Assembly: GCA_030704615.1 (NCBI GenBank)
Contig: CM060733.1
Span: 12,648,001-12,712,000, forward strand
Direction of reading: 5' to 3'
From: Takakia lepidozioides
Lineage: Eukaryota > Plantae > Bryophyta
Length of the DNA: 64,000 nucleotides
Shown one piece after another: positions 38,950 through 49,750 of this stretch (the stretch's first letter is position 1; each line of letters opens with the position of its first letter). The position numbers were made by a program, and so were the translations under genes. The notes under the pieces are model-generated. The model did no database searches and was not told the DNA's origin. It was given only the letters and a program-made list of their open reading frames with translations.

Positions 38950-40277
38950 GTGTGTGTTTCTGTGCGCTCTTTCGCCTTTTACTTACTAGCAACCAATCCT
39001 ACTCTCTAGCTGCGATCCAAACGTATGAAGCTTGAACACTACTCGCAATTCTATCTCTATCTATTTTCCCTCGGCACAAATTTCCACGTTATCCCTGTTC
39101 AATTCCACCTCTCTTCTCTTCAACCCTAAAATCAACCCGATCCAGATCCTATGAAACCTAAACACTGAGTTGAGCCCTGCCTTTCTCTGTGTCTCTTGAT
39201 CCAAACCTCAACAAACACTAGGACAATTCCGCATCAATCTCAAGCGTCTCACGCAGGCACGCATACACAAAAGAAGACGATCAGAGCACAATTTAACCCT
39301 AATGGCCTAGAGCTTTGTTGGCCCCGCCTTCCTAGTAAGTAGGGCCTTTACCACATGAGCAGCAGTCCGGCACGGGAACAGATAGTTGAGAAGCAAAGGT
39401 GTCCACCTTCCTAACGGAGGACAATAACCCTTGGGGGTAAATAGGCTTCCTGGGGAGGCGTCAAATATTATTAATATTGGTATGAGAAGCAAAAATGAAT
39501 GACTCATATGAGCTCCACGGCGGGAAGGAGTAGATCGCGACAAAGAAGTTCCCTAAGAGCATGCCCAGCAGGCGCTCTATTTGGGGTGCTATCATCAAAA
39601 TAGCGCGGCCGCCGAGATCGCGCGTCCCTAACAGCACAATCTGGCGCTTCAAAATGGTGAGCCTAGCCAAGTTTGGTCCGGCAAGTGATAAATGAGGCCC
39701 GGGAGTTCAATGCTCCCTCTGAGGGCCTGCCTGCGTGGCCCCACCCCCGCCCTGCAGCCCGCGGTCGCCGCGCCTGCCGCCCCCCCAACACCTCCACCCC
39801 CGCCCCCGCGCCGGGTCCATCCCTAGCCATAACACTGCCATACATTCTCACCATTGTCATTATTGTATTGCACGCAACCCTCATGCATGCCCCATGAATG
39901 CAGGAAATACAACCATCGCATGATGACTTTTCGATCATACACGCACATGACTACTCAAACATACATATGACTACTCAAACATACATATTCGAAATTTGAA
40001 CGAGTCCTAGAGTACAGACACACTATATTGGAGTCCGTGAACATTCAAATTTGAAATTTTGAAACAGCATCCAATGTGCCTCCAAAACGGATGGACGTCA
40101 TTTAGTGAATGACAGCTGATTGACCACCTGTCCCCACTATCTTCGGCCGTCATTCTGTGTCTCCGAACTTCCGGACCTCCTTCATCGCTTGCCCTAGTGT
40201 GATCATCAGTGTGTGACGAATTTGAAACACGGTGCCTCTTGCTGTCTCAGTGTGGTTTCACCTGCTTCCCAACAGAC

Positions 40278-43200
40278 ATGTTTGCGAATGAGAGAACTGA
40301 AGAGTTTCTCCCTCCTGTTGTGCCCCATTTGATCTCCATGCTTCGAAACCAGGTGCAATCTCCGGCGCTTGGTGCTTTCAATCACACAACGTTACATTGG
40401 CGTCACCAATGGCATGGAATCCCCGATGGAAGCGACAACGCCTACATTCCATGGGGGCGTGTGATTGATTTCATAATTGGGGAGTCTTCTCGTCTTGATG
40501 GACCTTGCACTTTCCAGAAACATCGTCAAAGAGGGCGCTGTGCACAGGGATCCCTCCAAGCTCCACGCACCAACAGCGCCCTCAGTATTACAAGGTACGA
40601 CGTTAATGAAAACAGTTAAAGTATTGTTTTACTTTAAATAGTTTCCAGTGATGCTGACGACCTTGGTGAAGGAGTTCAAGCTGAACGCAGAAAAGTACAC
40701 CTACCATCATGCTTATCACCTTCTTCATGCAATGCGATCGTTCATCCATAGATGCATGTACGACCCTTTCAGAAACCTCCATCTCACAAGCTGCGATTCT
40801 CCAACAAATAGTCATTGTGTGTTGTCATTTAACCGAATGTGCAGTTTCCATGTAGTCACAGTCATGTGTACTGCCCACGTCTATTTTAGGCCACTTTTTC
40901 GTCATAAACTCCATTCATGCATGGTTGTATGATCCTCTCATAAATTTTCATCTGGGAACATGGGGTACTCATGGAAGCATACCTGACTGTACATTGTAAT
41001 TTGCTGCCAACACTGTCTCATTTACCTGTTCGGGTGTAAAAGTGTTGTTAAGGGTTGAAGGATTATGTCTTCGTCTTTGCTTTCAAGTTTGTATACAATA
41101 GTACTATCCCAATTGCATGCCCCTCTATTGTCCACAACTCTTTTAGGCGCTCCCCCCTTTTATTCCATTAATGCAAGGTTCTTTCTGTTGTAGGTACCAC
41201 TGCTCATCCGGGCCAGAGGACAAGACTTCTGTTGTCTTGCAGGTTACATCCGCCATGGCAGCGAAGAAGTGGAAACCCAAACCTCCAAAGAAGAAGGGTA
41301 GAAAGGCAAGAGTTGTTGCAACCGTTAAGGAGCAAAAACCAAAAGTACTAAGGACGTCCAAAACGAAATCTAGTGAAGGCATCAAGTGGGGATGTGTATG
41401 CCGATTTGCAGTCAAGCAATGCTATTTGGACCCAAAAATCGCAGAGGTTGTGTACTACGAGAAGAGGCACGTCAATCGTGCTGGAGACATATCCCATGGG
41501 CCAGCACATGATTGTGGTCGGGTTGCATTGGCCCCCCCACATCAGAGAAGAAATGAAAGCCTGGGTACTGCATAACTTGCGCCTTGGACTAAGCATCAAC
41601 AAAATCATTGCAAAGCACATGCAGCGGGTGAAGGAAACTATGGAAGTTGGATTGGAGGCAGATCGTGACACTTTCCTGCTCTCCTAGGACATCTGCAACA
41701 TTGCCAACAAGTGTGATGAGGAAACGTTTAAAAAGCACCCAAATGATGCTCGCAGTGTGTGAATGTGGGTGGAGGCCAACCATGACAGTGTTTTCTACTA
41801 CCACGAAGAGTCCAATCACCCTGCCTGGTTCGAATAGCCGTAAACTGGACCTTCTTTTTGTATTGGGCATACAGACAGAATGGCAGAAAAAACAAATGAT
41901 GCATCACGGACATTCTCGAATAGTGGCATGCGATGCAACATTCGGGACAAACGAGAAGAAGGTTGGTTTGGCCAAGATCACCATCTGGCTGCGGACAGAG
42001 CTCAACTATTTTCTGCATGGTCACAATTTTTCGGTCCCCTCGCTCCTCTGTATTCCTGATCAATTCTGTTGCATGCTTGTTCTTGCAGTATCCTTTGTAC
42101 ACCATGATGGTGTTTGATGAGTGGCTGAATGGTATTCTAGTCGCGTACATAATCACGGCAAGGTACAAAGCCCATGGATCTGCGATCTTGGATGCATGCA
42201 CTAAACCAGCAAATGCAAGCCGTCAAGGCCGAATGGCGCCCTAACGCCTTCATTGTCGACGACGCAAATGCGGAAATCGTTGCTATCAGGTAGCTCCGCC
42301 TCCTACACTGCTGATCCTTTCACATATCCAACGTGCACACATGTGTTACAGTCATTCAATCTCACAACAAACAGCTCTGTGTGGGGGGGTTGTGCAATTT
42401 TCCTGTGCTTGTGGCATGTTCGGCGAGCCTGGCAAAAAGAATGTGGTCTCCAAGATCAGAGATCCAGAAGTACGTGCCGCAGTGTTGCAAGATCTTGCAA
42501 AGATCATGTACGACAGAAAAGGCACATCTGGGGATGCAGGTGAGGCTTGGGCAGTATACCAAATCATCTCTTTAATGTAGGAGAAGTACCCCAACGAGAC
42601 TATATTCTGCGACTACATGGACACCGAGTGGCTTCCGAAAACAAAAATGTGGATGAAAGGTTCTAAAAACATACCACATGCCTCTCAAGATACTAATGTT
42701 GCCATACAAGCTTATCATGGCAACCTCAAAGCGCAATTGAAGTGCACCAAAAGTGTTTTCACTAGCAGAAAGGTAGATTGGCTCATCTCCGAACTCACTG
42801 GTGATGTCCTCGTCCATTACTGGTACATGTTTCATGCGAAAGCGTATGGATTTGTCAGAGACAAGCGGTTGGAGGGGTTTGTTTGCAGTTCCATATTGCT
42901 TGCCAAGCACATTCCAGATGACAACGTCCAACTGCCGCAGACCCCTGGTGGCCCTACACTTGTTCAATGCGCACGGGAATTGGGTAGGACATTCACAATT
43001 CACAAACCTGAATCAAACTGGGCTTGCTAGGATTGCTCTTGGGCCCAGAAGGGGAATATGTGCACACACCAAGTGAAGGTTCTGCAAATAATCCACCCTC
43101 ATCTCGAGGATGGCCTCATCGCAAAGTTCTGTGGAACTCTGATGGGCACATCTAAAGGTGGCCTTCACAATTTGGTGAGAGGTTCTCAATCCCCGACTTG

Positions 43201-43577
43201 TATCCGTTCATCTTTGCAAACTCCTCCACATCAGAGGTCCCCTTCTTTATCTCAGTAGAGTCCATTGCAGAACGTGCAGGCCCAGATTTCCACAGAAATG
43301 GCAAACCATTCTGCAACTGACAGAGTCTAGTGACTACCTGCAGCAACATCTCTTTGCCTTGATAAGAGCTGCAAAAGGAAAGATTCTTGAGTTGACTGCC
43401 ATGATGGAGGAGGGTGTTCAGTACCCTCGTGAGGAACCAGTTATGACTGTTGTCGATGATGGCAAAGGGAAGTCCCTCGTCCGGTTCAAAGACTTTTTGG
43501 AGAGAAATGGACACAGCAGGAAACGCCCACCCTTGCCCACTCGAACCACACCAAAGAAGAGATTGTACAGTGACTGA
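40278..43577 (+). pseudogene. Decayed MULE-type DDE transposase with SWIM zinc finger (At1g60560/At4g13970-like family)
   Basis: Multi-exon gene with motifs AYIPWGRVIDFIIGE, YHCSSGPED, GCVCRFAVK...HVNRAG, FVLGIQTEWQ, DATFG (41932), IVDD (42252), CLWHVRRAW (42406), IQAYH (42704), RKVDWLI and SWIM DCSWAQKGNMCTH (~43031). It contains several stops and frameshifts. Confidence 0.88.
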
Positions 43578-44749
43578 AGGTGTGTACGTGTTGCAGAAAA
43601 CAGTGTCACAGCAATGTCAATCAGTCCTTTCTGATCCTCAGCATGTCACTCACATTGTGTTCATCCATCTTCCAGGGTCAATGAGCCTATGTATCACTTA
43701 CTATGTTGTTCACACGATGGCACCGTCACGAGTCCGCTGAAGGCGTGTGCTTGCATCCCAAGCTCCTCCACTGGCTTTTCCAGGGAATGGGCTTCGCACA
43801 TACGGTACAATATTGTTTTGAGGAGCTTCTGCCTCTGCAGTCCCTTCATATGCTTGCCTCATTCGCTTAATTGCTGGTGTTCTCTTATTAACGAATTTTT
43901 CATGTACCCTTCAACTGACAGCACCTTGTATTCAGGTAGCATCAAACGTGCTGAAACATGACAATCCAAGAAGTTTCAGCTTTACAACATGGTAGTATGT
44001 ATAGTTTCCTCCTCTTCTTTCTTGGCGACACGGATTTCCATTCGGACTCATTGTATTCACCCACCATCGAACGTGCTGAAATATGACAATCCAATAAGTT
44101 GCAACTTCACAACAGGGTAGTATGTATGGTCACTAGAAGCATTCGTGTCTTTTACGAATCGACTGCATGTCCAAAACCACTGAGGGAACAACTTTGAGAT
44201 GTTTGTTACTACTGTACAGTCGTAACGGATAAATTCGCACTTCTAATGGCGGATAGAAGTTGCATCAATGACTCCGCAGTCGGCGCAATATTCGCGGCGA
44301 TTTAATTCAATTATGTAAATTGTTTTTTTTTTTTAAACAACAATTACAAGTGGTTTTAAGCACTAGAGAACGACTCTTAACAACTAGGCATTCATTGCAC
44401 ACCCTATTCAAAAATGGAATTTTTATAAGTGCTCCACATGGATCATGACGTGGCATATTTTAATGTATTTTAGGGCTTGTGTGGCTTGTAGAGATTGTTC
44501 TAATCGTCGGATGTAAAGTGATCTAAGGGTGGAAGAGTAACTTTGTCCTTTGCCTGAATTTGTCTAAGTGTTGGGAGAGGGATGGAGGCTTGAGAGAGAG
44601 ACGAGCAAGTGATGCGAGAAGGATGAAGACCAAATCGAGGCCCATGTCCTGTTGTTGCAAGCGTTTATGGCGTCAAGGGCGCATTATGTGCAAATGTGGG
44701 CTCTTGGCTCCCCTTTGTACCATGATTTGGTATTCTTCCTGATGATCAC

Positions 44750-47700
44750 AAGGTTCTTGGGGGAATCAGCTTGGTCTTAGCAGCCCATATTTTAATCTCT
44801 GCCCGCTCAGCTGCACCGTGGTGGTTCTTACGAACCAATCCCACATTACCTGACTACAGATACAAGCAACACGCACAAGAGGTCTTCTTGGGTTCATGGT
44901 CAGTCTAATCCGCAATGGGTCATGACACAAGGTAGAGGACAATGTGGTGAGGGCACCTTCTTCTTCAGCTATTTCAGCCTGTTTTGCCGAGATGTAGTGT
45001 CGTGGAGTGCGATGCTTGCAGGGTATGCATAGCAGGGACGTGGGATGGAGGCTTTGGAGACCTATGAAGTTGCGAAGGGAGAGTTTGATAACATGGCTGA
45101 ACGAGATGTTGTCTCAAGGAACACGCTGAATCTTGCAAGATATGGCCAGCATGTGTGCGGGATGAGGGCATTGGAGACATATGAGCAAATGTTGCGAGAA
45201 GGGGTGCAGCCTAACCGGGTCATGTTCATTTGTGTTTGCAATGCATGTGCAAACTTGGCAGCCCTGGAGACTTGGTAAAGGGCAAAGAGGTCCATTGTGA
45301 CATCGTCAAAGCTGGAACTGTACCAGATGTAACAATACCTCGTCAACATGTATGCCAAACGTGGGAGCATTCCCTTGTGGACAAGGAGTGTTCAACAATA
45401 TGGCTGAGCGAAATGTGGTGTGGTGGAACGTGATGATCGCAAGACATGCACAACATGGGCGGGGATTGCGGGTTTTGGAGACCTATGAGCAAATGATGTG
45501 GGTCTAGGGGGTGAAGCCCGAGCACATTATGTTTGTTTGTGTTTGTAGTGCATGTGCGAGCCTGTTGGAGAAGGGCAAAGAGGTCCATGGTTGCATCGTC
45601 AAAGCTGGAATTGAGGTAGATGTCATTCTGAACATGAATACCCTTCTAGATAGGGAGTGTTCAACAATATGGCTGAGCAAAATGTGGTGTCGTGGAAAGT
45701 GATGATCGCAGGACATGCACAACAGGGGCGGGGATTGCAGGTTTTGGAGATCTATGAGCAGTTGATGTGGGAGGGGGTGAAGTCTGACCACATTATGTTC
45801 AGAGAGTTCAAATGCCTCTCCACCATGACCTTGCTTAGCTAACCATGCCTTGCTGATGTTGTTGTCTTGCACTTGAGCTATTTTTGGACACTGGCTGGAA
45901 CATCCACAAGGCGGCTTTGCTCGAGAGAGAAATCAGCTTGAATGCAGGGGCAGATTTTGAGATCACAATCACCACTCAGAACGTTGTTCTTTGCACCGGC
46001 ATGGCATGTCAGCATGCATATCAGCCCAAACTCATTATTCCGTGAGCCTTCCACTGCCAGAGTGTGCCCATTCAAGCCAAATCTTCGAAACGCAGGGATG
46101 GAACGGGGTTTTGAAACCAGCATTGCCCAACTGGATACCCAATTCAGCTCCGCATCTTGGTCCATTAATCTGCTGCACATTGTGAAGTTTTCTGCCCGTT
46201 CACCGCAAGTTGAAGAAGGAGTATTCTTAAAACACGGGTACTCATAATCTGAAAATGGCTCTAGCTTATGTTGCTTGAGTGCGAATATGAGTGTGGTTGG
46301 CTTGGCAGCTTTACATCTGTCCATCCCACTCGATATGATGAGCAGGTTCAGTTTGACTTCTCTCACACAAAAGACGCTGCCAAGATGGGGTTTGTTGCCC
46401 TAGATGACTTCCCGTCGTTGTTCTGGGCTGCAACATACAATTAATCTGGCCCATGGCGAGGGGCCTTGCCTTCCACCAATCATCTGTAAGTCCTGTGAAA
46501 CTGTTTTTGTGGCAGTTTGTAAGCAGTGGGCAGCGATGGTGGGCTGTTGTAGGATTTGATGAACTCAATGTCGTGTACTGACAGCAACCCCTCATCTCTT
46601 ATGCAAGCATTCAACAAGCCAGGTTGACTGCAGAGCATATTCAGCCCCCCACGTTTCTAGTTGCCTAATGTTCTTCATCTCTTGGGCAGAGCATTTTCCA
46701 GGGTCTCCATCTGTGATGACACACTATCTTCTCATGTGGTGCAGCTTCTGGTCTTGCTCTTGTTTGCACCACCCCAATGAAGGGCAGTTCCCACCTGCTT
46801 GATTCTCTCCATATGGTTGTCTTGGCAGGGTTTCCCACAACCGCCTTTCCTTTTTAGACTGCCAGTCATCAGCCTCGTTCTCCAATGCTTCACTTTCTTC
46901 CCAAGTGAAGTGCTCTCCTCTTTTATGCTTCAACGTCCCTGCAGGTGTTTTTTCCTTCATCTCCCGTGGTGCTTTCGAATGAATGAGCACTGATTTGCAT
47001 CTGTTGGCAACACTTACGGTGTCCCTTTCCTTGCATGCCACTGCAGGCCCGTCATTGACTTTCTTGGCAGGGAAGTCTCCTCCTTCTCCCTCATTTTCTG
47101 GCTCTGTTGGTGCCCCACTCACCATGCTATCAGGGCTGCATTTATTTCGTGGTGTTGCGCCAGCCAAGGACGATCTTTCACTAGTCCGATTGTTGGCAAC
47201 AGCTGATTGGAGTCTTCTTGGCAGAGTCTCCCACGAGCTCCCATCAATTTCAGGCATCAGGTTTTCTACCCTGCCCTTCCACTTTTCATAAGCGAGGTGC
47301 CTGTCTTCCTCCCTTTCACTCTTCAGCCTCTCAGGCAGATTTTTCTTCATGCGATTGCTGCTCCCATACTTCCAGTCCTTGTTTAATTTTCTCCAGCCAT
47401 CACCCTCAGATTTGACAAGGTATTGCTGCCCTTCCTTGTGTCTTTCCTCACTCCCAGCTGCTGGTTTTATCCCAGATTCACCTCTCATCCTTGCCTGGGG
47501 TTTTGCTTGCCAAACAGCCCTTGTGTGGGGAACTTCAATGAAAGGCAACATCTCATTCTCAGCTCCTGTCTTTGTACCTCTTTGCAGCAGTCCAGCCTCG
47601 GATGCCTCACTTTCTGATTGCTAGGTTGCATTCTTCGACCGCCAACCTTTGACAAGAAAGTGTGCTCCATCTTCCTCATCTTCTACTGGTTCCCTTGATG

Positions 47701-49750
47701 CTTCACCTCGTATGTCTTCCTCCTCATGTTTTAGCAGCAACTCCCATGCTTGAATTGCTACTTTTCCTCGTAGTTGATTTTGTGCTTTCCTTTTTCTCAG
47801 TAGCTTAATCAACTGTTTTGTCTTGGCAGCTCCCTTGCCATGAGTGCCTTGTCTCACTGCATCTCCCTTGGCTGCCCACCATCCGTGGAGTCTTTCTTGC
47901 ACCATTTTGACCCTCGTTGGCATGCACTTTGCTGTGATGCCCCACATGTATTTGCTGCTCCCTTTAATCATCAACATAGTGCTCTAGAGCCAGTTCCTCA
48001 TTGTTGACTAGTTGACCTTCTCAGCCCTTGGACCCCATTTTCCCTTCTCCCATGTTGCCTCGTCTTTCTGCTTCATCATTTGCTTTACTTGCACGATGTT
48101 GCTTCTTCCCTACAGCTCATCATGTGTTGTGGCTCTTTCCCATGTTGCACTCACTCCCATCACACGTTGTGCAGTTGATAAGACTGAGATGAATTGATGC
48201 AGGATAGGGGGAGGGCTTGCTGGTGTATGTTGTCCGATAGGCCCCACGCACAAAGTCAAAGCTGGAAGTCAGCCTTGCAAGGACCCAAGTGAGATAAGTC
48301 TGGTGGGGGTAGCATCTTGGGGGATGGCAGTTAGGGCAATGTGTATCTAGGGCAATATATGTCATAGTAGCGGGTGATGTGCTGCCAATTTTGAGGATAG
48401 AGACAGCCTGTAAGCTGTAGATTTGTATCAGTGGTTTCTTCTGACACATATTGCTCCCAGTTTGCCACAACCAGTTTTGTTTGCATTTGTAGTGCATGTG
48501 CGAGCCTGCTGGGGAAGGGCAAAGAGGTCCATGGTTGCATCGTCAAAGCTGGAATTGTGGCAGATGTCATTCTGAACAATACCCTTGTGGACAGGGAGTG
48601 TTCAACAATATGGTTGAGCGAAGGATAGAGTGTAATGACTACTAATGAAGGTACCTTCTTCAATTTCACCTTGTTGTCCCCTGTTATCAGAATCGCCCCT
48701 AATTATTCATGTCTGAATTCTGCAAGTTAGCTGGTTGAGTGAAGTTTGATAGTTTGGAGTGACTTTGACATGATTCTGCCAATGTGACAACAGGAAAGTA
48801 TCAGAAATAGGTAACACAGACCAGGAGAAGTTGTGGAATGAATACTTTTCTGACCCCAGTCAATGGTGGGACAATCGAGGCAAGAAGGTGAATGTTTGTT
48901 GGATTATAGAGAGTAGCAGATGCAATTGAGCGTAGGAACTAGTGTGATAAGTTGAGTTGGGTGCTTCCTAGAACAAGTCTAGGCTGTCATCGTCAACTGC
49001 TAGCAACAAGGCAAGGTTGTATGCTTGATTCGTGCGAGGCATGGATAGCTGAAGGAGCAAGGATAGAGTGTGGGTGCAGATTCACCCAAGAGGGCCGGAC
49101 TTCAAGCTCCAGATTAACTATGAAGCTACAAGAAACCTGCATGGATAGATGGTCAACTGGCAGCATCGGCACAATTGATAAAATCAGACATTGTTAATGA
49201 AGGCATCTTCTTCAGCACATTTCACCCTATTTTTCCCTCTTATCAGAATCGGCCCAAAATTTCCATGTTGAATTCTGCAAGTTAGCTGGTTGAGTGAATC
49301 TAGTTTGGAGTGACTTTGACATGATACTGCTATGTGACAACAGGAAAGTATCAAAAAACAAGTAACAGACATGAGGAGAAGCTGTGGAGTGAATACTTTT
49401 CTGCCCCCAGTCAATGATGGGACAACCGAGGCAAAAAGGTGAATGCCTGCTACATTTCAGAGAGTAGCAGACGCAATTGAGCATAGGAACTAGTGTGATA
49501 AGCTGAGTTGGATGTTTCCTAGAACAAATGTAGGTTGTCATTGTCAGCTACTAGCAGCAAGGCAAGGATGAATGCATGATTTGTGCAGGGGCATGGATAG
49601 CTGAAGGAGCAGGGATAGAGTGTGGTCCAGATTCATCCTAGAGGGCCAAATTTCAAGCACAAGATTTATCTATGATTCCCTGTGGATCAATAACTACAAG
49701 AAACCTCCATGGGTAGATGGTCTATTCTGTGGAACTCACTGAAGTCTTGC
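44750..49750 (+). pseudogene. Captured chimeric cassette A: OSB-type PDF motif, PLS-PPR repeats, two more PDF motifs
   Basis: A PDF-like NPTLPDYRYK lies near 44835. Frameshifted PPR P/L/S motifs occupy 45030-45800 and 48476-48620. Two intron-split PDF units lie at ~48825-49120 (EKLWNEYFSDPSQWWDNRGKK|IHPRGPDFK) and ~49375-49720. Confidence 0.78.
45801..48475 (-). mobile_element. Secondary insertion into the PPR tract; probable LINE-derived remnant
   Basis: It splits the PPR L motif HIMF|VCIC. Minus-strand RRFGLNGHTLAVEGSR resembles the LINE C-terminal RFRLGSHxLxIExGR motif. Charged low-complexity ORFs lie at 46724-47977. Confidence 0.45.

Noticed and set aside
46724-47977. 275-aa and 118-aa minus-strand ORFs as a host gene
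   Set aside because: They lie inside an insertion that splits a PPR motif within a CACTA element, and they are low-complexity with no domain.
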